Part shown: positions 1 through 13,421 of the stretch, piece after piece
How positions within the stretch are numbered: the stretch's first letter is position 1
How the letters are laid out: each line of letters opens with the position of its first letter
Assembly: GCA_043228905.1 (NCBI GenBank)
Contig: JBHGNT010000022.1
Span: 5,022,001-5,086,000 of the forward strand
Direction: 5' to 3'
DNA length: 64,000 nucleotides
Source of the DNA: Azolla caroliniana
Lineage: Eukaryota > Plantae > Polypodiophyta
Position numbers and translations under genes: made by a program
The notes under the pieces: model-generated
Database searches by the model: none
What the model saw: the letters and a program-made list of their open reading frames with translations, nothing else
Told to the model about the DNA's origin: nothing

Positions 1-369
1 TCAAAAACATTCTGTTTGATGCAGATGTGAGAATCCTTTTTCCAGAGAACATTCCACATTGATGAGAAATGATTCAAGGGGTTTTCAGGAAACACTCCAT
101 TCCAAGCCAAGGAATAAATTTTTTATTCAGAAACTACTGTATTCTTACAAAAGATTAAAAAGAGTTGCAAGAAACTATTCTATTTTATGCAACAGGATTG
201 AATTTCTCTCTCAGAGACTGCTTGACTTGATGACAAAAGGTGAGAAAATTTTCTGTCTTGAATTTTATATGGTCACCAAAACCAAGCCAGGAAAGAAAAG
301 AAACCCCATTTTAACACGTAAACAAAAAGCAATTACAAAAAAAAGACCATATTTGTCAGACAGAAAAAC

Positions 370-592
370 CTGCTCTCAGATTAGACGCCCCTGCTCGTTT
401 GAGTCCTTTCTTCTTCACAATGAAACTTGCTCCAATGAAAAGACTTGAAGACAGAGCGAGGATCAGACCTTTCACATTGTCAGAAGACATATAAGTAAAC
501 GACAAATACGAAGATGATGCTGACGATGATGCAGCTGAAGATGAAGATGAAGATGAAGCTGAGGAATCGAATCCCCTAGAAGATTCTGCCAT
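370..592 (-). CDS. NIPA: NIPA-family (probable magnesium transporter) gene, first coding exon; rest lies left of the window
   Basis: ATG at 592 gives MAESSRG...MSSDNVKGLILALSSSLFIGASFIVKKKGLKRAGASNLRA-G, the typical plant NIPA N-terminus. Phase-1 GT donor at 369-368. Confidence 0.88.
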
Positions 593-876
593 TTTTTCTC
601 TCGAAGTGGATCGATCTCCAAAGAACGTACATACAATGACGACAATGCCGAAGGATGAAAGCAAAAGTCGACCTGATAGATGAAAGCAGAGAGACAGCAA
701 CAAAGAATGAATCCGGAAACGCTTCAAGTAGTAGTTGTGAAGAAACCAGTCTGGAGGATGAAAGCGCGGAAGAATGGCCGCCAAAGGAAAAGCAGAGGAA
801 GTTTTAATTCCGAGAGGCAAAACGTATTCTGTTCCAAGCCTCAGGAAGAAGGACAAAGGAGATGGTTTGGATCTCG

Positions 877-1078
877 AAGAAGAAGAAGAAGAAGAAGAAA
901 TGTCTGCGTAGCGATGGCGAAAACGAAGGCAGGGAAGACACACACACACACTGACTGATTGCTGTTTGTTTGAAGGAAGGAAGGAAGGAAGAGAGAATCG
1001 AACTCGAGACATATGTATGCATGCGTATGTATGTATGTATGTATGTATGTATGTATGTATGTATGTATGTATGTATGC
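877..1078. repeat. Microsatellite cluster upstream of NIPA: (GAA)n, (CA)n, (GAAG)n, (TATG)n
   Basis: Direct reading of the sequence. Confidence 0.9.
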
Positions 1079-1200
1079 ATATGGCTCGTGTGCTCGTGAC
1101 TAACTACTACCAAAAATTTAAAAGGGCAAGGGAGGGAATCATGCCGCAATGTTGATGGCACGTGCGATCTCCACCGTCCAATGGATAAAAAGTTGACAGC

Positions 1201-1465
1201 GACTGTCACCAGGAGCCTAAGTCTCTAACAGCCTCTGTCTCCAAGAGCTTGACTCTGTCACAAGGAGCCCCGCTATTTGACAGCCTCTATAACTAGGAGC
1301 CTGACTCTGTCACAAAGAGCCCCGTTGTCTGACAGCCTCTGTAACTAGGAGCCCAGCTCTGTCAAAAGAAGCCTCGTTGTCTAACAACCTCTGTCACCAG
1401 GAGCCCGACTCTATCAAAAGGAGCCTCGTTTGTCTGACAACCTCTGTCACCAGGAACCCGACTTA
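1201..1465. repeat. 52-bp degenerate tandem repeat (~5 units), probable subterminal repeat of the MULE
   Basis: ctct(g/a)tca recurs at 1253, 1305, 1357 and 1409. The AGGAGCCCGACT core appears inverted at ~24477-24548. Confidence 0.75.
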
Positions 1466-1902
1466 GAAATAAACATCAAAAACTCCAAAAAAAATTAAGT
1501 GTACAACAAATATTTGCCATGAAAATTATGCATAAAAATTAGTCAAAAAAAAACCTCCAACTTCCAAATGCACAAAACCTAAAACTTAAAACTCAAATAT
1601 CACACAAAATTATATCTCCAAGCTTCAAATAACAAATCACACAAACTTAAAGTTTCAAATAACAAGTCTTACATAAACGATTAAAAAGTCAAATGTCGAC
1701 AATGGGAATAATCTAAGCCAAAAACCCTTAATGAAATATGAATGCACATGTTACATATTAAGATTATGGCTCATGTCGGGATGATGGCAAAATGGAACCA
1801 CAATTTTTACAACATGTAACAATTGAGTCCCTTCAAGTCAAGGTCAAGCCATCGCAACGCAAACACCGAACCTTCTCATGGTCACATATTGGCAATCGCC
1901 TC

Positions 1903-3367
1903 CTAGCCCGACTTACACCTCTTTGCATTTTTTGGGGAGCTGCTAATAAATTCTTGCAAGATGTCTACTGTTGCGCTTCTTTTGGCACCTATTTGTTGGT
2001 TGCAACTTATTGATTTTCCATCTTCTTCATTGGTTGATTTTGGTGCACCAACGCGATACACCTTCTCGGTCATATCTTCCAATGTTTGTCTACATTCCAA
2101 AATAGTTGCACAATCAAAGGTTCTTAAGCCTTGCTTGAGACATTGAAGTGCTTCCTCAACCATTTGTATTTTGGACTTCAATGATTCCATCTTTGATGTT
2201 GTGGGGTTTGTCTCCCCAACTTGTCTACCTTTGTCTCCACTTCTATTTCTGTATTGTGGTCCATTCGCATTTTGGGTCACGTGATTTATAAAGGCAACGA
2301 GCCACATAAATGTGACATGTGGCTCTCAATAATCATTCGAATACTGAGTAAATGCTCACATTTACTCGCAAGCTCTTGGCAATCACAATATGAGCATTGG
2401 AGTGAGACATTATACCATCATAGAGTGGGAGTCGTCATACTCAAGATTCTAAACCAATATCGGGCCTCGTCCACAATATGCATTGTGGAAGTATCGTTGA
2501 CATACCTTTCCAATATTCTCTCGACCTCTTTAAGTGAGGACCTTTGATCCCTACAATTTGCACGGGATGTAAATCGACCGTTCCTCCAATGCAAGTGCCA
2601 ATTTCATTGTCCCCGATAAAGACATGCACAAGATTGGCAATTGATTGGTTTATTCTTCCTCTCAAGGTAGTATTCTTGACAAACTACCAATGTCTTTCCA
2701 CAATATTGGTGGTGTCAACATGTCCGTAGTTGAACATTCTACCAAACTTGGGCTAGAGTTTCCTCCACACACATGTCGAACCACACCATCCTCCTTCTAT
2801 ATATTGCCAAACATCGGGCTTGTTTGCATATTCTACCTTTAACTCCTTACACATTGCATTGAATGCGGATTTAGTAATGCATTGCATGAGTTTGCACATT
2901 CGTTGATAAAGATGGCTTCTCTCAATTGCACTTACTTTTGGCAATAAGTTGTTCACCCATGATTTTTTGGCGTGAAACTGACACAACAAAAGGCGACAAT
3001 GTGTTTACAACAGTTGCCTATTTACAACAATCCAAGATTGATAGTCTATTGCAACCACATTAGTTATGGCATTATATGATGTCCAACATTTATCAATCAC
3101 TATTGCATTTGGTCTCACCGTGGGAATACTTGCGAATATGATTCTCAAGGAAGTTTCTAATGCGACTTGCTCATGGTTTCACCCCTTATCAGAACTACAA
3201 AGCATTTACCTTAACAAGATCCCAATTCCCATGGCATTGGGTGCAACAATTGCATATAATCGTAGCCTAAATTGGTTTGTTTTAAATGTCGAGTCGATTG
3301 CCCAAGAGTTGTTTAGGGTCAACTACTCACACATTTCCAACATCCATTGATCTTGAAGTATAAAGAT
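1903..3367 (-). pseudogene. MULE transposase pseudogene, C-terminal part (DDE and SWIM zinc finger)
   Basis: ORF fragments 1903-2307, 2441-2665 and 2753-2989, broken by stops and frameshifts. Confidence 0.72.
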
Positions 3368-3737
3368 TGTTGAGAATCAAGCTTAACTTGTGTGAACATG
3401 AGCTTATGAAGAAAAGGACGATGTGTGAAAAAGTGTGTGAGCACACTTTATTGTAATCCGTGTAGTTGTCGAGTGTCAGTGTGGTCAAAGAATATTAGAT
3501 ATTCTTATGACAAAATCGTACTCAAGTGGATATCTTGGTTAGATTCCACCAACACATTTAATAGGGCAACCCCTTGAGGACTTGTATATAAAACCTCCTT
3601 TGGCCATTTAGTTTAGTTGATGATCTTTAGATAATTAATATAGCTCTCTAAATTGCATAAGTTGTCATCCCCCTAGTGTGTGTTTTCTTATTTTTCTAGT
3701 TATTCTCTATAATTCCTTCTCTTGCTTATACATTCAC

Positions 3738-3779
<42 letters not shown>

Positions 3780-3823
3780 TACGCTTTTGAATACTAAACT
3801 CTACTAGAGTTAGATTCTTAACA
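3368..3823 (+). repeat. 5' LTR (456 bp) of copia-1
   Basis: Direct repeat of the sequence starting at 8490; followed by the PBS. Confidence 0.93.
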
Positions 3824-3985
3824 TGGTATCAGAGCGTGAGGGTTAGAGATCCTTCATTGAGCTCTACCATTGAAACTGTGTGAGCAGCTAGAGACCTTGT
3901 TTTAAAACCTGCTATCGTCGCTGCAGTTTTGCACAGCAAGAGGCTCACGTTAACAGGATCATACGAATCAAGCTAAATCAGGAAA

Positions 3986-6900
3986 ATGAATGCACAGATG
4001 GGTAGCGCACTTCCAACAGAGAAGTTGGACAGGCACAACTACGCATCTTGGGAATATAAGATGCATCAATACCTAGTTGGGCAAGGGTATTGTAGTTATA
4101 TCGAGGGAGCTCAAGAAACAACCTCCGATAGTACAAATCCCAACTACCCCACATGGCAACAAGGCGCCAGTAGGGTGATGTATTGTTTGGCAATATGTGT
4201 GCAAGATCACATGTTAAGCTATATTCGTGACGAGAAATCCCCAACAAAAGCATGGAAAAACTTGAAGAAGATTTAAGCGGCTTCAACCACAGTGAGAAAA
4301 CTTCAACTCCGGCAGGACTTGAACAATATTCGGCAAGGGGATATGTTCGTGACAGACTACACCCTCCAGATCAAAGACTTATGCGATTCACTTGGCTCCA
4401 TCAATGTCGTAGTTGATGATGACAAGATGGTGCATATCTGCCTTGGCGGCCTCGCACAAAAATATGGCTCATTTCGAACTGCCATAACAACAAGGGAGAA
4501 CCCCCCAAGCTTTTTTTACTTGCAATCCATGCTAATGGTTGAGGAGAACCATACACGGTCGAAAAACATGGCATCTAATGGGTAGACGTTATGTACACAT
4601 GATGATCTCGGTCGAGGTCACGATCATGGTCGTGGAAATCGGGGGAGGAATGGCCGAGGAAGAGGTGGACAACGTCCACAACAGTGTAATTCCAGGCAAC
4701 AAGAAGGTTGAAACAACCGAGGGAATTCCGACAAAAAGGGAGCTTCCACTAGCCTGCATCAATCAGGCACAACCAGCAAATTGAGTGCTAATATTGTGGA
4801 AAGCCTGGCCACTTTGAACCTGAGTGTCGGAAGAAGAAGAATGACTCAACTACCTCACCCTAGCAGCAAACAAACTATGTTGTGATGGCTGACCTAGAAA
4901 ACAAAGCACCAATGTTTGTTATGTGACACCGGGCAAATAGCATGATAACAAGTGTTTCCCAACCTGATGATGTATGGTTCGTGGACTCGGGTGCCTCAAA
5001 TCACATGACAAGTCATCAAGAATGGTTCATGAATTTGAGGGAACCCGAGAGATCCGGAGTGGTGGAGACCAGTGATGACTCCACACACATGATTGAGCAC
5101 ATTGGAGATGTAGCCCTTAACAATCACGACAACAAGGGCTACATGAAGGATGTATTGCATGTCCCGACAATCACAAAGAATTTGGTCTCGGTTGGCCAAA
5201 TTGTCGAACAAGGAATGCAAGTGCGATTCAACCAGGAAGGTTGCTTCATCAAGGATAAAGGCCAACTTATCACTCATGCAAGAAGAGAAGGTCGCATGTT
5301 TATTCTTGATGTGACGAAGGTGAACACAGCAATGTATGCAAAGGGACTCAAGGCGGAGTTTGATATTGAGTTGTGGCACAAAAGGGTTGGCCATGTAAAC
5401 CTCGATAAACTCCAATCAATGCAAACAAAAGGGGCTATGCACGGATTGCCACGATTTACTCTGAAACATCCTGATAATGTATGTGAGGCGTTCCAACTAG
5501 GCAAGCAACATAGGCATCCATTCCTAAGCAAAAGAAATGTGAGTAAAGGCTTGTTGGACGTCATCCACTCAGATGTATGGGGCCCAGCTCAAACAACAAC
5601 AATTGGTGGGTGTAGGTACTTCGTTACCTTCATTGACGACTATTCATGGCATACCTGGATATGCCCAATGAAGTCGAAAAGTGAGGTCTTCTCCCACTTT
5701 CTCAAGTTAAAGAATTGCGTGGAAAATGAGACGAATCGCAAGATTCGATGCTTACGGTTTGATGGTGGCCAAGAATACTTCTCAACCGAGTTCAAGGACT
5801 TTCTAGAAGAGACATGGATTCACCGGGAATTCTCTTGCCGGTACACACCATAGCAAAATGGTGTTGCTGAGCAGAAGAATCACACAACTCTTGAGATGGC
5901 CCGCACCATGCTGCATGAGAAGAACATGCCCAAGATCTATTGGGCAGAGGCAGTAGTTACGATTGTGTATCTCATCAATAGGTGCATGACCGAGGGTGTC
6001 CATGACATCACCCCTCACGAGAAGTATTTTGGGACAAAGCCAGACCTTTCACACTTGAAGGTTTTTGGCAGCATTGCATTTGTGCATGTACCCGATGAGA
6101 CGCGGAGAAAGCTTGACCCAAAATTGGAGAAGATGATCTTTGTCGGTTACTCACTTGAGCAAAAGGGTTACACGTGTTTTAACCCCATCACTCGATTGTC
6201 ACGAGTAAGCCGAGATGTGGTATTTGATGAGGTGACATCATGGCATGGCCCAACATCAGTGACCCCCACCGTGCTCGAAACAAGCAGATCTAGAGCATAT
6301 TCTCAGAGTGAAGAAGAAGAGATGCTAACGACCATTATGGCTGGACCTGAGGTGTCATCCAGCAATCAGAGTCTTGCACAACATGAAGAAACTCTGATGT
6401 GTTGTCACCTTGGTGTTACACCCGTAGAAAGAAAACAAAGGGCAAGATGCCTGAGGAAGAGGCCAAGGACATGACATCCAGTGAAAACTCAGATCATTCA
6501 CCCCGATCAGTCCACAACAAGTATGAAATGAAGAAGGCCCCGGAAATGACCAAAGGGAAACTTTTTCAATCGAACCGACAAAAGAGCCTGATAGTTGGGT
6601 TCGGGTACAATGAGTACATGGCCCACCACTATGCATTCATGATGAAGGTCGCAGTAGACCAAGAACCCGAGACTTACAAAGAAGTTGCCCAAGATCCCCG
6701 GTGGATCGAGGCAATGAGGGAGGAGATGTGCGAGTTGTTTGACAACGATACTTGGGATTTAGTCCCATCCTCTGAAATCAAGAAAAAGCCAATTGGTTGT
6801 CATTGGGTGTTCAAGATAAAGCATAATATGGATGGCACGCTCAATCGGTTCAAGGCTCGGCTAGTCGCCAAAGGGTATGCTCAAACCCATGGCATAGACT

Positions 6901-8255
6901 ATGAGGAGACATTTGCCCCAATGGCAAAAATGACCACTATGAGGACAGTAATTGCTCTCGCAGCAGCGAAAGGATGGCACTTGCATCAAATGGATGGAAG
7001 AACGCATTCCTCCAAGGTAAGCTCGAGGAGGAAGTTTACATGATGCAACCACCTAGTTTCGAATCAAACAAACATCCGCATGCAGTTTTCCGATTGAAGA
7101 AGCCACTCTATGGACTGAAGCAAGCCCCAAGACATGGCATTCAAAGATCACATCATATCTTCGCGACATTGGCTTCCGGATGTCAAAATCTGATAACTTG
7201 TTGTATGTTTAAAACAATCCCAAAAGCCCCAGCTTCTTAATCTTGTATGTCGATGACCTTGTAATCGGTGGAGAAAGCCTCATCGAGACACAAAAGATTA
7301 AAAAGCTGCTTTTGCAGAAGTTTGAGATGAAGGATTTGAATGACTTACATTATTTTCTCGGCATCAAGGTCATTCAAACCCCAGAAGGGTTCCTACTCTC
7401 ACAACAATGATGACCGAGTGTAAGTCCATCTCGACACCCCTTGATCGAAATATGAAGCTAACAACAGATTCTGGAAAATTCTATGAGCCGACACAGTATC
7501 GCCAAATAATTGGGAGTCTTATCTACTTAACTATCACTTGACCAGACCTCAACTATCTGGTCAGGGTTCTTAGACAGTTCATGGAAACCCCCCGCGACAC
7601 TCACATGGATTGTGCTAAGCGAGTGTTATGTTATATTAGTGGAACACTTGATTATGGTATCTTCTATAAACGTGGAGCACCACTTCGACTCAAAGGCTTC
7701 ACGGATGCTAATTGGGCGGGCAATGCATCTGATAGGCGATCCACTTCGGGATTTATGTTTTCATTCAGTAGTGGAGCAATCTCTTGGAGTAGCAAGAAAC
7801 AACCAACAGTCACTCTATCGAGCACTGAGGCGGAGTATAGGACTGCAGTTGTAGCTGCTTGCGAAGCTATATGGCTTAAAAGACTATTGAAAGACTTCAA
7901 TGAATTGGTGAACAAGCCAATACTAATCCACTGTGATAATCTCAGCAACATCCAACTTGCAAAAAATCTGATCTTTCACGCCCAAACTAAGCACATTGAG
8001 GTGCACTATCATTACATCCGTGAGCGCATATTGGCCGGTGACATTGACCTCCAATACGTTGGCACCAACATGCAAGTGGCTGATATTTTCACTAAGGCGT
8101 TAGGTCTCAACAAGCTACAACAATTCTCAGTGGATTTAGGCCTTAGACCACTCGATATGTTGAGCTTGGGGAAGAGTAAAAGTACAAAGTCAAAGGAAAA
8201 CATGGAGAATCAACACGATACAAGAGGAAGAGTGAGACCAACATTGGCAAAGTAA
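3986..8255 (+). pseudogene. Copia gag-pol pseudogene
   Basis: Gag (EKLDRHNYASW), protease WFVDSGASNHM, GAG-pre-integrase and integrase (HSDVWGP, FIDDYS), RT (KARLVAKGY, YVDD), RNase H (TKHIEVHYH). Multiple stops and frameshifts. Confidence 0.9.
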
Positions 8256-8489
8256 GGCCGACACATCTAATCCGACTTGACCCGGCAAGTTAGAGGAAGA
8301 CTTTCCAAAACCCGGAATTTTTGAAGCTCGAAATTTTGGATTGGCAAGATCGACATTGCTAGATCAAGATCGAGTACATAGGAACAGTGGGAAAACCACG
8401 GTCTAATAGTCTGACCAACTGCAGTTGGGTCTTCAACTACACCAAGACAACCAAGCTTAAGAGGACACACAATTGACCTTGAGGGGGTG

Positions 8490-9470
8490 TGTTGAGAATC
8501 AAGCTCAACTTGTGTGAACATGTGCTTATGAAGAAAAGGACGATGTGTGAAAAAGTGTGTGAGCACACTTTATTGTAATCCGTGTAGTTGTCGAGTGTTA
8601 GTGTGGTCAAAGAATATTAGATATTCTTATGACAAAATCGTACTCAAGTGGATATCTTGGTTAGATTCCACCAACACATTTAATAGGGCAATCCCTTGAG
8701 GACTTGTTTATAAAACCCCCTTTGGCTATTTAGTTTAGTTGATGATCTTTAGATAATTAATATAGCTCTCTAAATTGCATAAGTTGTCATCCCCCTAGTG
8801 TGTGTTTTCTTAATTTTCTGGTTATTCTTTGTGATTCCTTCTCTTGCTTATACATTCACTCTTAGTTTAGTTGATGATCTTTAGATAATTAATATAGCTC
8901 TCTTAAGTGCATAAGTTGTCATCCCCCTAGTGTGTGTTTTCTTAATTTTCTAGTTATTCTTTGTGATTCCTTCTCTTGCTTATACATTCACTCTTAGTTT
9001 AGTTGATGATCTTTAGATAATTAATATAGCTCTCTTAAGTGCATAAGTTGTCATCCCCCTAGTGTGTGTTTTCTTAATTTTCTGGTTATTCTTTGTGATT
9101 CCTTCTCTTGCTTATACATTCACTCTTAGTTTAGTTGATGATCTTTAGATAATTAATATAGCTCTCTTAAGTGCATAAGTTGTCATCCCCCTAGTGTGTG
9201 TTTTCTTAATTTTCTGGTTATTCTTTGTAATCCCTTCTCTTGCTTAGTGCAAAGTTTTGTACACTACTAGAACTTTCTTAGCTTAAGCTATTTTCTTTTA
9301 TTTTAGTTTTGATGATTGGATAAACACTCATTTTTGTTGTAACCCAATTGTCTCATGGGCCAAATTTGGCCTTAGAAGACGTTAATATATCTTTCTTTCT
9401 TTCTTCTTTCTCTCTCACACACACACTACGCTTCTGAATACTAAACTCTACTAGAGTTAGATTCTTAACA
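8490..9470 (+). repeat. 3' LTR (981 bp) of copia-1, with a 132-bp unit x4 and ~150 bp of extra sequence
   Basis: Units start at 8730, 8862, 8994 and 9126. Both ends match the 5' LTR. Confidence 0.9.
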
Positions 9471-10560
9471 AAGATAAATGGTTGTCTATCAAGAGATCCT
9501 AGATCACCATGCAAGTAGGGTTGAGCATGAGCCACTTCCCCAAGATCTCGGAGTGCATAGGCATCTTGCATCATCAAAGACCAATCAACCTCTAACATGG
9601 CACTCCCGATTTTTAACTTATTTGCCATGTTATGGACCTCCCTTGGTATCATAAAGAACCTATAAGTAACAAGCTCTAATGGACTAGCCTTGGACTTGTG
9701 ATATGCTTCCTTACACATGCTCATTCGCGCCACATGCCTTGCACACCCAACATCAAATAGCTCATCTTTGCAACAACTTATGACATTGAGGTGTGTTGGC
9801 AAATGGTACACATCCGACCTACTACATGGTACATGACCACGATGAGGTCCATATATTGAAATGGTTAGTGTCTCATTATCAACCTCATCATTCATTCTAA
9901 TGTCCACATGGAATGTACACCCACATCAGGGTGTGCACCTACGTCGTCGAGTGGAATTAGACGCAAGTCGAGACATTCGATGATAACTATACCTAATCAC
10001 ACGCATACCCACGTTGACTCCTTTCCTTAAGCATGTGTGATACTTAGTTTGCAAATTCATGAGCGCATCATGTAATTGTGGGTTTCTACCTTGATCACTT
10101 CTATGGGTAAGGTCTTGTTATATTTGTCCATGCTCCCTCTCAACATGTCGTTTGGGTCAACCTTCAACACCATTTGTCAATCACAACTTCTAATGAGTTC
10201 TTTTACATACTCCGGTGCGATGCCCTAATCACGTACATCAGTCACATAACGCCACTTTAACTCTTTAAGAGTCATTGAAAATGTGTGATGGGATGCGTCT
10301 CCATGTGACGCTAACACTACCTCCCTCCATTTCTTGACGTATATTACTTGAAGATTAGGTGACGCCTTAAGGTAGATTGCATTCTCATTCTTGAGTATGA
10401 GACGACTCTTCATGCGCCTCCATGCATGGATATTGAGAGGTGCACCCCATGCGACATCACGTAATGCTTCTAATGTTACCTTAACTTGTCCCGATAAATC
10501 TTTAACCATCAAATCATACGTACCTCTTGAGATTGCAAAATACCTGGGGGAACAATACAT
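9471..10560 (-). pseudogene. MULE transposase pseudogene, N-terminal part
   Basis: ORF 9353-9907 (TISIYGPHRGHVP..., RQPFI) is homologous to ORFs 33062-33415 and 32716-33078 of the second copy. Confidence 0.7.
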
Positions 10561-10640
10561 GAAGGATCCACCATCTCATCCTCACGATCAGAATCAAATG
10601 ACTCATTTGGCATCTCCAATTCATCCTCAGATACAAACAA

Positions 10641-10813
10641 TGCATTGGATGACCATGATGTATCCTCCAATTCATCTTTCGACATGGCAAAGACACCATG
10701 ATGCAATGTGCTCTCCATAGATGGTGCATTGGATGACCATGACGTATCCTCCAAGTCATCTTTCGACATGGCAAAGACACCATGATGCATGCAATGTGCT
10801 CTCCATAGATGGT
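10641..10813. repeat. 84-bp tandem duplication inside the MULE
   Basis: tgcattggatgaccatga at 10641 and 10725. Confidence 0.85.
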
Positions 10814-10829
10814 TGTGGTCGATTACTAC

Positions 10830-11080
10830 GGTGATTGAAGTGATTGAATACAATGTGATCGAGAATGCCAACTCTTGAAGTGGATGATTTCAATGAGAAT
10901 GCCAGTGATTGAAGTGAATCAATTTACTGTGATCGATTATGCCAGTGATTGAAGTGAATGAATACAATGTGATTGAGAATGCGAGCACTTGAAGTGAATG
11001 ATTTCAGCAAGAATGCCACTGATTGAAGTGAATCAATTCAATGTGTGAGCAATTATACAGTGAATCAAATGAATGATTGT
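10830..11080. repeat. ~40-bp minisatellite (gccagtgattgaagtgaat...), resuming at 24338-24410 after the copia-2 insertion
   Basis: Units at 10901, 10941, 10981 and 11016; same motif after 24337. Confidence 0.8.
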
Positions 11081-11120
11081 TGTGAACGTAAGTGTTTGCG
11101 GAAGCGTAAAACAGAGAACA

Positions 11121-11159
<39 letters not shown>

Positions 11160-11487
11160 AGAACATAATTCCAAAATTATATCAAGACTTTGTACACACA
11201 CTGTGCTAAGTAGCACTATTTATACAAGTCCTCTTGGGACTGACAGAAGTACCATGTACTTCAATGCTCACACGAGCATCTGACACTTACTACGAGACTA
11301 TAGCTACCTAGTAGTCTATCCTATACTAGGCTTCCGATTGGACTTCCGGTTACGGATTGCACCCGGCCTCCACTGCTTGCCGGTTCGGTTGCTTACCATC
11401 ATACCGATCCGTTTCGCCTGATCCGTCTCGCTTACCGGCTCCGGCTTATTCAGCCGATCCGGCTCCGGTTGAGCTTGCCGCTCAACA
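11081..11487 (-). repeat. 3' LTR of copia-2
   Basis: TG...CA; direct repeat of 23918-24332. Confidence 0.93.
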
Positions 11488-13421
11488 CTCCCCCTCAAGC
11501 TCAACCTGAGGTGGGGTCGTAGTGTCGACCTCTGTGGCAGTCGGTTCTTCCAACAGACTTCTCCTGGCGTCACTCCGCCTTGCTTGCGATCCTCGTCCGG
11601 TCCGGTCCCGTTTGCCGCGACCCCTTTGGTTCTGCGCGCCTCGACCCTCTCGGTCGGCATGTCTGCTCAATAGGCCCATCTCAGCACTCACGTTGCTGTG
11701 ACTCCGGCGATTGCCGATCTGTCGGTTCTCCCACGATGGCATCGACTTCCGCTGTGTCCGTGTCCCCTTGGCCTTCAATCGATCCGACTCATCCGGATCC
11801 ATCTGTTGATCCGAGTCAGTTGTCTCTGACTCGTTCCAGCTCTTGTCCGAATCGGTACACTCCGATTCGACTTCCGGCTTCAGGCCTCTCACCACATCGG
11901 ACCACTTCCGAGTCTTGGCCTTCTCCATGCTTCCCTCGGCTTCTTCAGCCGGTGAACCGAAATCGAATTCTTCATTCGACTCCGCATCATGGTCAGTACC
12001 GTCGTGATGACCTCCGCACAACATGCACTTCTCTTCCTGAGTGCACAACTCTTCTTCACAGCCGCTTGCTCCGACCTGTTCGGATGTGTCGACTTCCTTC
12101 GTCGACTCGGCTTCCTTCATCTTCTTGTCTCCTCTTCTTCCGGCTCTCCTCTTACCGACGGGTTCAATAGTTTTTTGGCCTTTGCCCATTTCGGTAGAGA
12201 CTTTGCCCTTGCTTCTCCCCCTCAAGTGCGGCACGTCGAGATGCTGAATACCAAGCATGTCGGTAAAGTGCTGCAACTTGTCCGATTCGAGCGGCTTGGT
12301 GAAGATGTCGGCAACTTGCCGATCCGTATGAACATACCATAGGTCAACTTCACCGCTCAGGACCCGCTCACGCACGAAGTGGTAGTGCACCTCGATGTGC
12401 TTTGTGCGAGCATGGAACACAGGGTTCCTGGCAAGCTGTAGGCTGCTCATGTTATCGCAGTAAATCGGGATCGGGGTCGGTAGCTCGATCCGCAAGTCTC
12501 GCAACAGTCGCTGAAGCTAGATGGCTTCACAAGTGGCAACGGTAGCGGCCCGGTACTCAACCTCAGTGCTTGACAAAGCCACTGTGGGCTGCTTCTTGCT
12601 GCTCCACGCAACGGCCACGCTACCTATGGAGAACATGTATCCGGAAGTGGAGCGGTGATCAGACGCATCGCCGGCCCAGTCAGCATCTGTGTAACCAACA
12701 AGCTCTTCGGGTATACCTCGCCGGTATAGCAGTCCCTGGTCCTTAGTGCCGCTGACATACCGTAATATTCGTTGCGCGCACTGAAGGTGCTCCACGGTCG
12801 GCTTCTGCATGAACTGACTTACCATGCCGACCGGATAACTGATGTCGAGTCACGTGATGGTTAAGTAGATCAGGCTTCCGACAACCTGCCGGAACCGTTT
12901 CTCATTGCAGGCCGGTCCGGAGTTGGGACAGAGTTTCTGGTTCCGGTCCAGGGGTGTGGAGACAGGTCGGCAATCCGTCATGCCGAACTTATACAGCATA
13001 TTCAACACGTAATGTTGTTGTGAGAGCAATATGCCGTCGGGGGTCCGGATCACTTCGATCCCAAGAAAATAATGAAGGTCCCCCAGGTCCTTCATTTCGA
13101 ATGCGTCCGACAACTGGGACTTGACGCGGTTGATTTCGGGAAGACCCGGTCCGGTGATGACTAAATCATCCACATACAAGAGTATACTTACCGGACCGTC
13201 AAAGCCTTGCCGGATGAACAACGAAGAGTCCGACTTAGAGACAACAAACCCCAGCTTACGCAACCGGTGCGTGATCTTCGCATTCCAAGCTCGGGGGGCT
13301 TGCTTCAAGCCGTAAAGCGACTTCTTTAGTCGGCATACCGCCGACTTGTTCATCTCTGATTGAAATCCAGGGGGCTGAGTCATAAAGACTTCTTCTTCAA
13401 GCTCTCCTTGAAGGAAGGCGT
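11482..13421 (-). pseudogene. Copia-2 pol 3' part (RT, RNase H and a long charged C-terminal tail)
   Basis: NAFLQGELEEEV, YVDD, YTDADWAG and TKHIEVHYH motifs; in-frame stops. Confidence 0.9.

Larger units (their letters stand above)
3368..9470 (+). mobile_element. Ty1/copia LTR retrotransposon (full-length, coding region decayed)
   Basis: TG...CA termini; TSD AAGAT (3363-3367 / 9471-9475); PBS TGGTATCAGAGC (iMet) at 3824-3835; PPT before 8490; domain order gag-PR-IN-RT-RH. Confidence 0.95.

Noticed and set aside
593-1012. N-terminal extension of the 218-aa ORF
   Set aside because: Microsatellite-rich 5' UTR/promoter; NIPA similarity starts only after the ATG at 592.
1201-1465. CRISPR-like array
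   Set aside because: Eukaryotic context, units are contiguous with no unique spacers, and there are no cas genes.
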